A stretch of DNA of 64,000 bases from Oopsacas minuta (taxonomy: Eukaryota > Animalia > Porifera). The first letter of the stretch is position 1, and each line of letters opens with the position of its first letter. The stretch is from positions 62,001-126,000 of the forward strand of contig JAKMXF010000297.1 of assembly GCA_024704765.1 (NCBI GenBank), written 5' to 3'. Shown here piece after piece: positions 1 through 12,600 of the stretch. The translations under genes were made by a program, and so were the position numbers. A model generated the notes under the pieces. It searched no databases. It was not told where the DNA came from and saw only the letters and a list, made by a program, of their open reading frames with translations.

Positions 1-2228
1 TTAAGACGACCTGCTATGAGTCCAGCTGCTACCTCAGGGATTTGATAAAGAGGAATTCTCACCTGCTTCATACTGTTACGCTCTCTCATTGTAACGCTGT
101 CATACTTCAAAGTGTCAAAGTCAATAGTAATTCCAAATGGAATAGCTATCTCGTCTGTACGAGCATAACGTCTTCCGATAGATCCACCTGAATCATCTAC
201 TTTATGTGTAACTCCTGCATCAGTAAGACCTGATGTTATCTGCTGTATGTAATTCTGAAATACTTCATTGCTAGAAATTGGTAGTATCGAGCAGGCACAG
301 GGGGCAATGCATGAAGGGAGGGAGAGCCAATTTCTGTTCTCATCGTCCTTTCTTCCTTGAAAATTATGTTCCAAAATAGCGTATAAGATACGCCCAATAC
401 CAAATGATGGTTCTATAACACCAGGAGTGTATTCTTCATGATGTACCATCTTGCTTTCAGATTTAAAATGCACCATACTAGCCTCCAGCTGGAATGTCAA
501 ATCTTTAAGCGTGACAGTTACTGGGCCATTTTTGAGAGCTCCTTCCAGCTGTTTCATTTCGCATAGCTCTAGACTGTTCAGATGTTCTAGTAGCACTTTA
601 GAATCTGATTTGAATATCTTACCAATTTCTTGTTTATTTGGTATTATATCTAAACTCTAATAAAACAATCAGCAATAAACTGAGTATAAAAAGATACAAG
701 TATTCAACGTGTTATCGATTACCTCTACAAAGACAGGTGCTGGAAGAGGTCGTTTAGCTGATACAATCTTCTTAGTAGCAATTGCATGAGCATTGAGATC
801 ATAACAAGATCTATCAGCACAGCCAACGCACTCAATCCATCCGTATGATGTTAGCAGCTCTGCATCCCAGCAATCAGTAGCATAATGTGCCATCTCATTA
901 TTCAAGTGTTGTCGGAATCGTAGTCTACCAGAATCAGCTCCAACCTTTAATAAGAATAGATGTATTCTAGCCATGAAGTAGCCTAATGTTTGATTAGCTA
1001 CCAGTCCTGTCTCTACTGCTTCTCCTATACTTACGCGCTGAGCTGAGCCTCCCTCCATCTGGGAACATCCCGAGAAGAGAGATAGCTCTGTATCTGCTAT
1101 CTGTAATCAATACATGACGTCATACAATTACAATCACCAGGTAATAATATTAGGTATAGTCACCTGAAGGAATTTAGGATGAGTCTTATCAGTTGGATCT
1201 ACAAAGTGCTCTATCTCTGCTAAGGTGAACTCTCTGACTCGTAACAGTCCAGACCCTGGACTGATCTCGTTCCTGAAGGCTTGTCCTATTTGAGCTGCCG
1301 CGAATGGGAGTTTCCCTCCGTTGAATTCGAGGAGACGTTTGAAGTTAACGAATATTCCCTGAGCAGTCTCAGGTCTTAAGTATCCTGACACCTGTTTACT
1401 CGGTCCTATACTAGTTGGGAACATAAGATTGAATTCAGTAGGCTCTGATAGAGGTTTTCCAGAGGAAGGAGAGGTTATATTGAATTCCATTATGACATCT
1501 CTTAACTCTTCCTTTCCTAAGTTATCAATTTGTCTCAGGAGCTCATCACACCTCTTCTTCACGCCCTCTGTTGTCTTCTTGTCTGCTTTAACACGCTCTA
1601 AGGAAGCTTCTAACAGATGATCAGCTCTGAAACACTCTCCTGTTACAGTATCATGTACCATGTAGTCAGTGAACTTATCCACGTGACCAGATGCTCGTAG
1701 TATAGGCTCTGGAGTCAGTACAGTACAGTCTACCTCTAACATCTGCTCTGCTAGCACAAAATGACGTCTCCACTCACTCAGGAGGTTAGCCTTGAGAGCA
1801 CACCCCATAGGACCGTAGTCAAACAGTCCTGCTACACTGGGGTAAAGAGGAAATGACGAAGCGTAAAAGAATCTTCTTTTCAACAGCTGTTCTAGTTTGG
1901 ATCTATCGAAGTGTGATTGTTTAGGTCTCATTTTAAGCTCAGCTTCTTGTAATTCTTTTTGTTTAGCTCTCAGTTTACTGACACATTGAGTAAACTCAGT
2001 CTGCAGATCTAGCTTGGTAGCACCAGTAGCTGTTTGTGCATTCATTTGTGCCTGCTGTACACGTAGACCTGCTTGCTTAACAGCTGTGCGGTACGGAGCT
2101 AGGGCTATCTCAGGATCAGCACCTGTCAGATCTCCTGCTGTCTTCTCTGCCATTGAGTATAATAGTTTATGGGCTAATTGTCCGTGCACTGGAGTTAGGA
2201 GTTGAAACAGCTGTCTAATTACTAGCAT
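1..2228 (-). CDS. GARS1: Glycyl-tRNA synthetase (alpha2 type), 3' end runs off the window; exons 1164..2228, 723..1100, <1..656
   Basis: Class II motifs LRPETAQGIFVNF, AAAQIGQAFRNEISP, RVREFTLAEIEHF, DCWDAELLTSYGWIECVG, VIEPSFGIGRI and anticodon-domain GSIGRRYARTDE. GT-AG introns 1101..1163 and 657..722 join the ORF-track pieces in frame. Confidence 0.97.
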
Positions 2229-2420
2229 ACCATTCTTACAATCTGTCAGTTAGCGTTTCAACTTTGATTTCCTGTCACCTGTACGTATCAACAAATTATA
2301 CATTAATTAAGAGTAGAGAGAAATATACTGATTCAATGTACGAACTTGAATAATATTATATAGTTAGTATAAGTAGGAGATAAGTGATCGGATAGCTATG
2401 CATCTTTGAGAAGGAGGTGA

Positions 2421-3185
2421 TTATTTCTTGATACCAGAAGAGCGTATCCCTTCCAACTGTTGTTTGAGCTGCTGATTAGTTTTCTTCAAGAACTGCAATT
2501 CATCTTGATGTTTTGCTTCCTCAAGTTTCCTCCTCTCACTATCTCTCTTAACATTCTCCTCTCCAGCTCTCTTCTCATCAGCCAGCTTCTTCTCTAGCTG
2601 TTGTCTTTTCTCTTCCAGTTCTTTCACATCCTGGTCCTTCTGTGATCTTCCCTGTTCAGCTTCAAGAGATTTCCTAGTACCAAAAGCTACACTACTCTCA
2701 TATAGAGTTTGGTAAGCTGCTAGAGTCATTTTTATTTCATCACGTACTTTCAATAGAAGCAATCCTCTCTCAGCACAATCAATGGTTACTTGACGTATCA
2801 ACTCGTCAAAACACTCAGAGAATAGTTCTCTGCGGATTGGACATATACCAGAGTCTCTTGCTTGTCTCTGCAACAGACGAGTATCAATCTGGTCTTCTAG
2901 CTCCACCACGTCCTGTCTGGAAGCTGGGCCAGAGGACACACACTGTCTCCAGCTCTGTCCTCCATGAGCCCACTCACGAGGCGGGAGAATCTTGTTGAGG
3001 ATCTCTTCTATCTGTCGAGATCTCTGGATGTCTGAGGTGGTCTTAGTAGGAGGATGGGAGGGGAGAGGGCCAGAAGGCCCCGTAACTGCTGGGGTTACCC
3101 TTGTTTTGTGCTCTTTCTTGTCTCCATTGCGTTGAGATGAGTGAGGGCTGTCGTACTTTACAAGAGAGTTCACAGAAGTGTTCAT
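2421..3185 (-). CDS. DNALI1: Axonemal dynein light intermediate chain p28
   Basis: NSLVKYD N-terminus, ILNKILPPREW, QARDSGICPIRRELFSECFDELIRQVTIDCAERGLLL and a C-terminal coiled coil. CDS is intronless; probable 5'UTR intron 3201..3282. Confidence 0.95.
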   Translation of the reverse strand: MNTSVNSLVKYDSPHSSQRNGDKKEHKTRVTPAVTGPSGPLPSHPPTKTTSDIQRSRQIEEILNKILPPREWAHGGQSWRQCVSSGPASRQDVVELEDQIDTRLLQRQARDSGICPIRRELFSECFDELIRQVTIDCAERGLLLLKVRDEIKMTLAAYQTLYESSVAFGTRKSLEAEQGRSQKDQDVKELEEKRQQLEKKLADEKRAGEENVKRDSERRKLEEAKHQDELQFLKKTNQQLKQQLEGIRSSGIKK

Positions 3186-3483
3186 GACTAATGAAATCCT
3201 CTAAAGTGATTAGAAATTTATAGAATATGTAAAGTTGATGGATCGCAAGTGTTTCATCTAGCCACACCCTCGAGGGCGTTACCTGCCCCGAGAATAAGTT
3301 TACACAGCCAAACAACAACAAATATTAACATTACGTCTGTTATAATTAGTTACTTATCGCTTAATTAAGGTTGGTTAACGTTAATTAATGATAACTAATG
3401 CTAAGTCATTTGATGAAATAGTAACCTTTTCAAATCTTACACTTGAACTATCTAATTAATTCTATTAACAAAATACGAACGAG

Positions 3484-4446
3484 TTAAATAGTTTCTTTCT
3501 CAGCTGTTTGTACAGTATCTTCTACTGGGAATTCAAGTAACGGCCAATGCACTTGGTCATCTTTAACAAGACAAACTTCTACCTTAGTTTTGAGATATTG
3601 TACAGTAGATTTCTCTGGAATAATTGTAGAGTAGAGATTAAATAATCTCTCAAAAGATTTATTGCCACCTTCAAACAGTAAAGATATTTGTAAATTCGTG
3701 GAGTTAGCATTCACAGTGCATACAACATAATCACACAACTTTCCATAGAAAGTAATTACTAAATTCCTACCTCGCTGGAAATGATCGAATCTAATTTGTG
3801 ATGAAGATACAGGTTTTCTACCCCACACCCATTTATGAGTGCCCATTATACAACCTTGTTGTTTTAAAAACTCCTCAAAGTCAGTTGTCTTCCTTTGACA
3901 ACAGGACCAAAATTTGAGGCCTTCGTGGAATACAACAGTTCCTGAATGGTAGACACAATTTGTATCATCTGAGATTCCATCCTTTTTTAACACTTTACAA
4001 CCACCATTCTGACAAGACTGTATCTGTTCCTCTTCAGAAGAAGGCTCTGCTTTACTCTTCTTAGAGATTTTAAGCTGTGTTACAAGAGATTCATCCACCT
4101 TAGCAGTAAGAGGGATCAATACGGTAGGAGAGGTTGGTCTTGGGGCGGGTCCTGGAATAGACACTCTTGATTCTGACTGAGATATAGGGAGTATGTCAGG
4201 TGTCTGGTCTGGTACCTGCTTCTCAGGGGGGCTTTGTTTGACTGGATTATGAAGACCTTTCTCACAGCCTGGAAACTCAAGGAAATCAGTAAAGCTAGTT
4301 GTCCTCTTCTTACAACAACTCCATCCTTTCATACCTTCATGGAATATAGGAACTCCAGGATGATACTGGCAAGATAATGAATTATTCTCTGACTCGATAA
4401 ATTTTTTCTGAACACACCCTCGGTTATAGCAAGTAAGTAGTGACAT
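3484..4446 (-). CDS. CHORDC1: CHORD domain-containing protein (two CHORD domains plus CS domain)
   Basis: Two CxNxGC...CxYHxG...FHEGxKxWSCC repeats followed by a CS/p23-like domain. Confidence 0.95.
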   Translation of the reverse strand: MSLLTCYNRGCVQKKFIESENNSLSCQYHPGVPIFHEGMKGWSCCKKRTTSFTDFLEFPGCEKGLHNPVKQSPPEKQVPDQTPDILPISQSESRVSIPGPAPRPTSPTVLIPLTAKVDESLVTQLKISKKSKAEPSSEEEQIQSCQNGGCKVLKKDGISDDTNCVYHSGTVVFHEGLKFWSCCQRKTTDFEEFLKQQGCIMGTHKWVWGRKPVSSSQIRFDHFQRGRNLVITFYGKLCDYVVCTVNANSTNLQISLLFEGGNKSFERLFNLYSTIIPEKSTVQYLKTKVEVCLVKDDQVHWPLLEFPVEDTVQTAEKETI

Positions 4447-4626
4447 AATCCTGAGTAAGTAGAACTAATTACTGATATTTCAGTATTATTATAATTAATT
4501 AAAGGAATTGAAGATACCCGATATAATTAAATACAACAACATGAATAAATCCTAATATTAATCAGTCCTATCAACACCAGTTGAGTGCGAATAAAATAAT
4601 AAATCTGTGCATTGGAGTGATGCTGG

Positions 4627-7104
4627 TTATTTGGAGGTCGAGTTAAGCAACTGTTTCAGATAAGGATACATGAGTACAACCTCTCCGTTCCTACTTACGG
4701 ATTGTTCGTAGTGAGAGAGACAATTGTGTAGAAGTTCGAGTCTAACAGTCTCTGTAGATCTTAGTAATGTATCTGAGCACTCAGCAGTGCTCCAACCTTT
4801 GAGCTGCTGGGGGGATTTGAAAGAGGGAGGGGTTCTTGAAATCAAATGAAACAGAATAAAACTTCTTGGTAGAACATCTAGTATAGTCTGACTGTTGGTC
4901 AAATCTTTAGATTCTGTATACACCAGTTTCCTCAGACAACGTAGCATACGATACGCGTGTCCTAGATCTGAAAGTCTGTTTTTACAGAGAGGAGCTACAG
5001 CTAGTTCTATTTGAGCCATGTCAGCTGTCATACGCATTAGTCCATGGTCCCCAAGTGGTCTTACTAAGCAACAATTCTGTACATAAGCTTCAATACAAAA
5101 TGTGACAATTTCTTCACATTTCGTCTGTAATAGTTCCCCACACTCGTAACATACCAAATGGTCCATATGTATCCTGGATATGAAGCTCTGTAGCTCCTTC
5201 ATGAAGTGAGAGCACTGCAGATCTTCTAGCACTAACTCATGCTTTGAATCTGTATGTGGTGGAGCTGTGTTGAAATTCTCTTCATGCATGCTCGTTAATA
5301 TCATTTGTATTGATATCTGAATCTGAGAGATGAGTGGTGATATGATCTTATCAATATCTTGCCTGAGAGTGTTCAGGATAATTTCTAAGTTCTCAACAGC
5401 TTCAGATGGAAGAGAGGGAGTATCTGATAATATCAGTTGTGTCTGACTGTAGAGCTGATATATAGCAGTAACTAAGTTCTGATTTTTGGTTTGAAGTTGA
5501 GTTGGAGTCGTTATAACTTGTACTGCTTCAGGTCCAGTCTTTAAAATCTGCTCACAGCGAGCTGAGAACAGCTTAAGACCTTTACAGATATTCTGTGCTA
5601 TGACTCTTAACAGCTTCATATCTTGAGACACTATCTATTAAGACCAAATCTGTCTAAATAATTACTATAATAGATGGAATAATAAGATCCTTACCTGTAA
5701 CTCATTACGAAATGTCTTGACAATAGTAGTAATGTCAGTAGAACTAGGAGCATTCCTGGAAGAGACTGACAGGTTAACAGGTTCTGATACACGAGAGAAG
5801 GAGCGAGAGAGGAAAGATGTCTCAAAGCTAGCTAACGCTATTCGTATTGTTACTTCAGGATCATATTCAGAAGAGATAGAGAATTGAGGTTGTTTTAATC
5901 GCGCAAATAGATCTTTGAATAACCGCAAGAGTCTGGGATACTCAGTCTCAAGAGCTTGGGAGATTTGAGAAGAAGCTCGAGTGGAGGCTCTGAGCTCAAT
6001 TGATAATATCCTAGCGGTCTCCTCCCAGAAAATAGTGGGTGGGGGAGTAAACTTCTGAGATTCAAGTTGCTCCATAAACGTCAGGTGAGTAAGAGGATCT
6101 CTCCTCTTAGCAAGTACAGTCATGAGTAACATAACTTGTGTGTGAGAGGTCTGTATATGATCCATCAGTCTCTCCAATCTAGTCCATAGATTAGCTCGTA
6201 ACACTACACTACTGGAGGCTGTCATCTGTGTGGTTCTGCTACCGGAAGTACCTAAAGATTATAACATAAGTGTAACACATTTAGAAATATTCTACAGTAA
6301 TAACTAACTTGTAATAGGTTCTTGCATAGCTGAATGATCCAATGCTACCTGCATTTCCTCCTGCAGTCTAGTAACAATATAGTGTAAAGCTTCTCTTACA
6401 TTCAGCTCTAAATCTCCCAGCTGATTGTACACCTGTAGTCCTACTCCTACCTGTGATAAGCTAGCATGTTCTAGTCCCTGATGTACCATTATTAGTGCTT
6501 GCCTCTCTACATCCTTCCTAGCACCAGCTACAAATTCTAGATCATCTTCCAGGACCTGTATTCCTGTCAAATCAGTATCACTCTGAAGGTAAGCTATGTC
6601 ACTGAGTGTCTGAGCAGCCTTTATAATCTCCTTCCCTCCGGACTGGACCTGTCCCCTGAGCTTTTTCACAAGAAATAACATCCGTATGACTCCTCTCAAA
6701 AGATCACAAGCTGTCTGCAGTCGAGACAGCTGTACTGTTCGTACTCGTAAATGTTTGAAGGGTTCTGATACACGAGTGCGGATCTTCTCTATAGATGTAG
6801 TGAGAGTAGCAATCCTCTGTCCCATCACATCAAGCACTACTTCTAACTCTTGGACACCTCTTGCATGTGCCAGGAGGTATTGATGCTTCTCTGCCACTTC
6901 AGTCTGTAGATCATCCTCAATAAGTAACAATCCCTGTGATAATCTACTGATAGCATCAACTAGTCCCATCATATCTAGCGCTGTCATAGCCAGAGACTTA
7001 TCATGATCTTGTGTAGGTTGCAGTGAGTGACGTAACAACTCGTCCTGCTCCAAATACCCAAGAGATCGGAGCTTACTACCCTCTTCGGCCCCCTCTGATG
7101 CCAT
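4627..7104 (-). CDS. COG5: Conserved oligomeric Golgi complex subunit 5; exons 6309..7104, 5695..6251, 4627..5634
   Basis: QLSRLQTACDLLRGVIRMLFLVKKLRGQ...KEIIKAAQTL and LVRPLGDHGLMRMTADMAQIELAV match COG5. Introns 6252..6308 and 5635..5694 are GT-AG and phase-compatible. Confidence 0.92.
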
Positions 7105-8150
7105 ACTAGTCTATAAACGCATGAGTTAGTTAGGGGATATTATGGTGAATATGTATTGTATGTTATGAATTCTAAATAGATGTCCGTCTATCTGTTTGTC
7201 TGTCCAGAGAAGGAATTTCCATATATTAGAAATAAGATTCACATAATGTCATACCCGTTAGATGTCTTCTGTGTGTTTTTGTGGTTATGTAGGTAATTAG
7301 TGGAAACCAAAAACATCCATGTATAACTAACTCGCATGCTCTGTGTACTTTTAATACCCCGATGTAAGCCACATTTTTGGTGGCTCAAACACTTCGCATG
7401 GCTATATCCCAGAAACTATTCGTTCATTTGATAGCTCAAAATTGCAAAATATAGTCCGGTGTGTACTATTTAGAGAAAAATTCCAGTTGTCATTTTCTCC
7501 ATCATCTTACTGGGGTCTTAACTCTTAAGGTTTGTTTGGAACACAAATATCGTATATAATTATTTAATCGTAGTTTTGAGAGGCATTAAAAAGTCGAGTG
7601 TGCATGCGCACAGAATTCACGTCGTGATCGTAACGAATCCAAGAAATAATGCCAAATTCACTTTTAGTGAGTATAAATCCACTTACAACCAATATTGTCG
7701 CTATTTTAAGAAATTTCCAATTCAACATCATGTAACACTCCTTCTATCGCTGCTCTACATACTGAGAATGCACACTCGACTGTTTATTATATGTGATTTT
7801 AATATGTCAATGTTAGTTGAGCAATATATAATTTATACAAATGAGTAATAGTGGTGAGATAGGTCAATAAATATACAACTTATGCCAAATATATAGATTT
7901 ATATGATACGTAAACTGGTAAGAAAATATTAACTATTTTTTCTTGCCATCTTCTTCAGGTTTTGGAATTGGATTAAACGTCCCTCGATTAGTACTACAAA
8001 GAGAACAAGCGTTTAAATCAGGCTGATTCATGAAGGTACACACTTGGCAAGCCCATGATTTCTCCGCTTCAAGATCAGGGACATTTCCTCCAGAAGACAT
8101 AATTACTATTATCAGATTAAAGTGAAATAAGGCAATGTAAATAATACTTA

Positions 8151-8276
8151 TACAGTGGGTCCTTTCTAATTGTCAACAAGTTGGCAATGGGGTTGAAGCG
8201 GACAATTAGAGAATTCGAAGTGAATAACGATTACGAGATTTATGTATGAACAAGTGGACAATTAGAGAGGACCTGT
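8151..8276. mobile_element. Short non-autonomous pogo/Tc1-like MITE
   Basis: Starts TA|CAGTGGGTCC. Inverted repeat GGTCCTTTCTAATTGTC (8158..8174) vs GACAATTAGAGAGGACC (8257..8273), one mismatch. The core is shared with 61160..61190. Confidence 0.65.
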
Positions 8277-9032
8277 CATACCATATTTGGTCACCCCAAG
8301 TCGGTCCGGCCGGACCATATATAATATAGCGCGAAATATACCAGTCCTATTGCCATGAAATTAGTACATACATTTTAGGGTCTAGATTTTCAAATTTTCA
8401 AAAGTTCGTAAATATGGTCGAAAATTTTTACAGAAAAAATGATCGCGATCTTCCATCCGATGACTGTTTATAAATGATCAGCGATCATCCTCCGATCGTC
8501 AAAAATAGATCACGATACTAATTCCCGAACTACAATACTTCCCGTTACATGAACCCTTATGAGTTATGAATATTACAAGCTGTCATTGGCCGATGACAAC
8601 AGCTTGATATGGGGGAAACATGTTAAGTTACCCTCTTTCTAAAAATAGAGACCGCTCCACCTCCCACTTCCTAATTCATCATTAGAATACTCGAGGACCC
8701 TACTACCTCATACATGTATCTTATCTATTTTTATAATTTTGATATCACAATGTAATACAAAACTCCTCTAAATTTAGCTCAAACTTTCACCCTATTAATT
8801 TCTTTCTGATTAACTAAAATTAATATAAATAATTATATTTTAATAATAGGCCTGTCTGATATATTTAAGTTCTATCATTTACCCAAAATATATTAGTGCA
8901 TTTTTAGTTGATTATCATCTTTCAGGTAAATTATTCGAGTATCAGATCAGTATCGTCGCCAGGTCTGTTTGCAGATTTAATAGTACGTATATTACTTAAT
9001 ATTAATTCATTGATTTATTGTATATGTAGTGG

Positions 9033-9500
9033 AAAGACCCTGATCCTCTCTTAAAGGTAGTTACTTATGGGCTTTTTTGTCACGTTGGATAGTATTCCTT
9101 GTGGATGATTTTTCCCCGAACATTATTCACAAGGGAATATTGTTCCCCAAACAGTACAAAGTTGAGCTATTAAAAATGTAAATCCGCATCGGCATGCGGA
9201 ATATGTTAAGAGAGGATCAAAGGTCTTTATTTACAAATTTTGATATTGGGGAATGATTAATTTGAACTAAAGTACTTAAACACAATTCCATTGGGGTAGG
9301 GATCATGTCTTAATTTAAAAACTTTTGATGATGGAAGGAAAGGATTAAATTTAAGTTTCTCATGCGGGTATACTTTTTGAATATCTTGATTCTGTATGTG
9401 GATTTACATTTTTAATAGCTCCTTCAAACTGATTCCCTAGTGTATAATGTTCTTGTGAATATGAGGGACCACTATTCACTAGGGGGAACCATATTCCCTA
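9033..9500. repeat. Foldback/inverted-repeat element upstream of the IP3R-like gene
   Basis: Perfect 22-bp inverted repeat 9164..9185 / 9400..9421. A second ~22-bp inverted repeat 9033..9054 / 9206..9228. Recurring AGGGAATA(T)TGTTCCCC-type subrepeats. Confidence 0.6.
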
Positions 9501-9680
9501 TTGCTGTCATTAGAATATTGCCATTATTTACATTATTGTGCCTTCTCAGAGTAAGCATCGCAAAATCTAATATATTACCTAATTAGGGCTGAGCAACATT
9601 TAGTTTTGGATAATTTTCAGTAAAATCTGTGCTTTTAGCTCTGATAGTCAAACTTAGGATTCAATACAAACGGTATCAAC

Positions 9681-12600
9681 ATGTCGATCTCGGATCACAA
9701 TCCTGAACGACGTGGGACCACCTTCAATGAGAAGAGTTTGGACTCAGGAGATTATACCATGTCCCTCTCGAGTCACCCCCAAGAGTCACTTCGTTATGGA
9801 GACAGTATCTACCTAGTCGTGACAGGAACAGAGCCTAATTCTATCAAACTTGTGACGTCATACATCAGCAGTCCTATTCACCTTATCGTAACACTAGATG
9901 AGCATTCATACGGTGAAGATTCAGATCCTATTCCCGACTTGCATATGGCTGCATTCCGAGTGTTAGCTCCCAACAAGAGTCAAGCTCAAGACGGACTGAC
10001 TAAGTTCATGGACAAGCTAGGAGGGAGGAAGAAACTGACCCCTGAGGAAGATAATCATAATTTTCTCCTGAAGAAAGAGGTAGAGAGTGAATCGAAAGAG
10101 AATCGTAGTGAACAGAAACGCTTGATTGGTAAAGAAATAGTCTATGGTAGTTACGTACAGCTCCAGCATCACTATTCAGGAGATTACCTAGGAGTTAGTG
10201 ATAGTCAAACGTCAGTAGTTGACAGAGCTAGTCTCAAGGTTACTCTGTTTGAAACCAATGGAGATCATGTGCAGTTCAAGATAACACCCAAATACAAAGT
10301 TAGTAATATCGGTGATAAGATTCGTATTGAAGATCAGATCGTATTGGAGAATGTGAAAGCTCAGCAATACTTGCATATTAGCAACTCAGAAATACGTAAC
10401 TCCTTTTATGGAATTAATCCGAACAGTCACGAGGTGAACGCATCCGCTATTGATTCAGCCTTCTCCATATACTCACATATCAGATTAGAGCACGAGATTA
10501 CGTCATCACAGATACAGAACATCCGCGGTGGTTCAGTACTGAGACTCTATCATCTACAAGTACAGTGTTATGTGGTAGCAGCTGGGTCCTGTGGTTTTGA
10601 TGATGACCAGATAACAACTGAGGTAATTACCAATGACGTACATCTCAGAACAAGACAGATCAAGTTCGGAGACCTGAAGCCTCCATCTACATCTGCTATT
10701 ACCTACTGGGAAATAGAGTTAGCAAGATCGCCTCTCTCAGGTGATGAACTCAAATACGATGAACCTTGTCGGCTTAAGCACTTGCTAACACAGAGATATC
10801 TCTCTATTGTGACAGCTAAAGACCAATTGGAGATGAAATTGGTCAAGTTATCAGAAGATGCATCTGGGATAGATACCTGCTTCGTATTCAAACCTTTCAT
10901 CAATGAAGGAAAGGAATTGATAGAGTTTGAGTCATACGCTAGAATATATCATCCAAATACTAATAGTTGGGTTAAAGCTAGTGACAAACCTTATGAGAGT
11001 GATCATGTAGCTACTGGACCTCTTGCAATGTCTGGTTTTAGATGGGATAACGCAACCTGCTACCAAGTGCTAGTGGAACCTTCAAAGGGGTATCATGATG
11101 CGTTTACCTTAGAGCAAGTTGATGATGAGCTTTTGGGACATTTCCATTATGTACTGGGGTATCTAACTGTTATAAGGAACTATCTTCTCAGTTACAATAT
11201 AGAAATTAAGACTTCTACAGCAATGGAGCGATCTCTACAGAACCTAGCCGACTGGATGTTTGATGTAGTTGACAACAAGGACAGGAAAAAACGTCAAAAG
11301 TTACTGCGTAATCTCGGAATAATTGAGCTAATGATGGAAATACAGAATAGATTCAAAGAAATACCACATGATATGAGAACTGGGTTGAACTATGAGCGTC
11401 GTAAGAACACAACTAAGAAGATATACAAAGTAATAGAAGCATATTTGAAGGGAGACAGTCGTAAAAATGAAAACTACACCGCAAAGTTTATTCCTATATT
11501 CGAGTCTCATTTTGATCTTAACATAAACGCAGAGGCTACGCTAATTGAACTCGTACGTGACAATAAGGCAATTATTGCCCAATTTAGCGAAAATTTCCAT
11601 AAAGTTACAGAAGAATTGTTCGTAAAATTATCAGCAACTAAGAACTCAGAAATTTTCTATTATTTCGGTGTTATGTGTGTTGCGAATATGAATCCAATCC
11701 AAGAGAACCAAATTGTACTAGCGAAACAGCTTTTACTCCCTGAAGTACAAGAATCTATATTTCTAATGAAACTTGATGATCCAAATGGTGATACTCCCAC
11801 ACTCCTTGCTACCTCTCCCATTCAACCAGAGGGTTACAAACTCCTCTCTGAATATGTATCCAAGCATGATCAGAACATAATTCGACCTACTTTCCAATAT
11901 CTCCGTGCTCAGTTAGACTTCTTCTCCAACTTGTGTCAGGGAAATAACGAAAAAGCAATTAGAACCTTGCAGCAACAGTTCTCATTCGAAGTTGTATTCT
12001 CTGGCTTAACTGATGAGCTTATTCACCCACTCATACGAGTCAAGTTTGCACAGCTCATTAATACCATGTTCATTGATGTCGGAGCTAACAGAGCTGTTCT
12101 TGAGAATCTAACACTAACTTTCATCTACGAAGACTGTACTGAGAATCCAGGCGAGGAAGAACAAGGAGCGAGTAACATTGCATTGAGCGGAGTTGAGAAT
12201 GTATACTTCCCTCGAATGAGAGACTGGTTCAAAGAGTTTTTCAATAATCTAGTGATATATGGACATGAAGAATACACATATTCTAACCAACTGATTGCTG
12301 CTGTGCTGGACATGCTCTTACTATTTGTAAAGTTTGGCTATTATGATGATCATGAGGATGCTGATGTGTTACTGAACTTGCTTATTAATATATTAAATGG
12401 AAAGAAAGACAGATACTTTCCAAGAGATGGCAAATCGAAAGATCTCCCACCTGCATATGCATTCTTCAGGAAAACTGGAAGATATCAGAAGACGAAAGCA
12501 AATGCTCCTATATTCGATGTTAAAGTGAAATGTTTGCAGATATTCGAATTATTCATGAATTTCAGATTCTATAAACGATTACAACGTCTTCTTTTCCTCT

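Noticed and set aside
451-2205. Short plus-strand ORFs (451..660, 1429..1620, 2014..2205) and similar short ORFs opposite ITPR, KCTD3, EFG1, NEK, ASNSD1, POLQ, ECT2 and PMPCA
   Set aside because: Antisense or alternative-frame shadows of well-supported CDSs, with no recognisable motifs.
3043-3321. 92-aa minus-strand ORF overlapping the DNALI1 start
   Set aside because: Non-ATG start; it runs through a probable 5'UTR intron and is out of frame with DNALI1.
7360-7390. GTAAG donor followed by an Sm-like ATTTTTGG, considered as an SL RNA gene
   Set aside because: The Sm-like site is only a few nt from the donor and sits in a hairpin loop (AGCCAC/GTGGCT) rather than between stems. There is no repeated copy and no leader sequence to compare.
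7599-7612. NRF1-like palindrome TGTGCATGCGCACA upstream of COG5
   Set aside because: Single mismatched motif; cannot be told from chance without conservation or chromatin data.
7576-7848. 90-aa ORF in the divergent gap
   Set aside because: TTG start, AT-rich low-information composition and no motifs.
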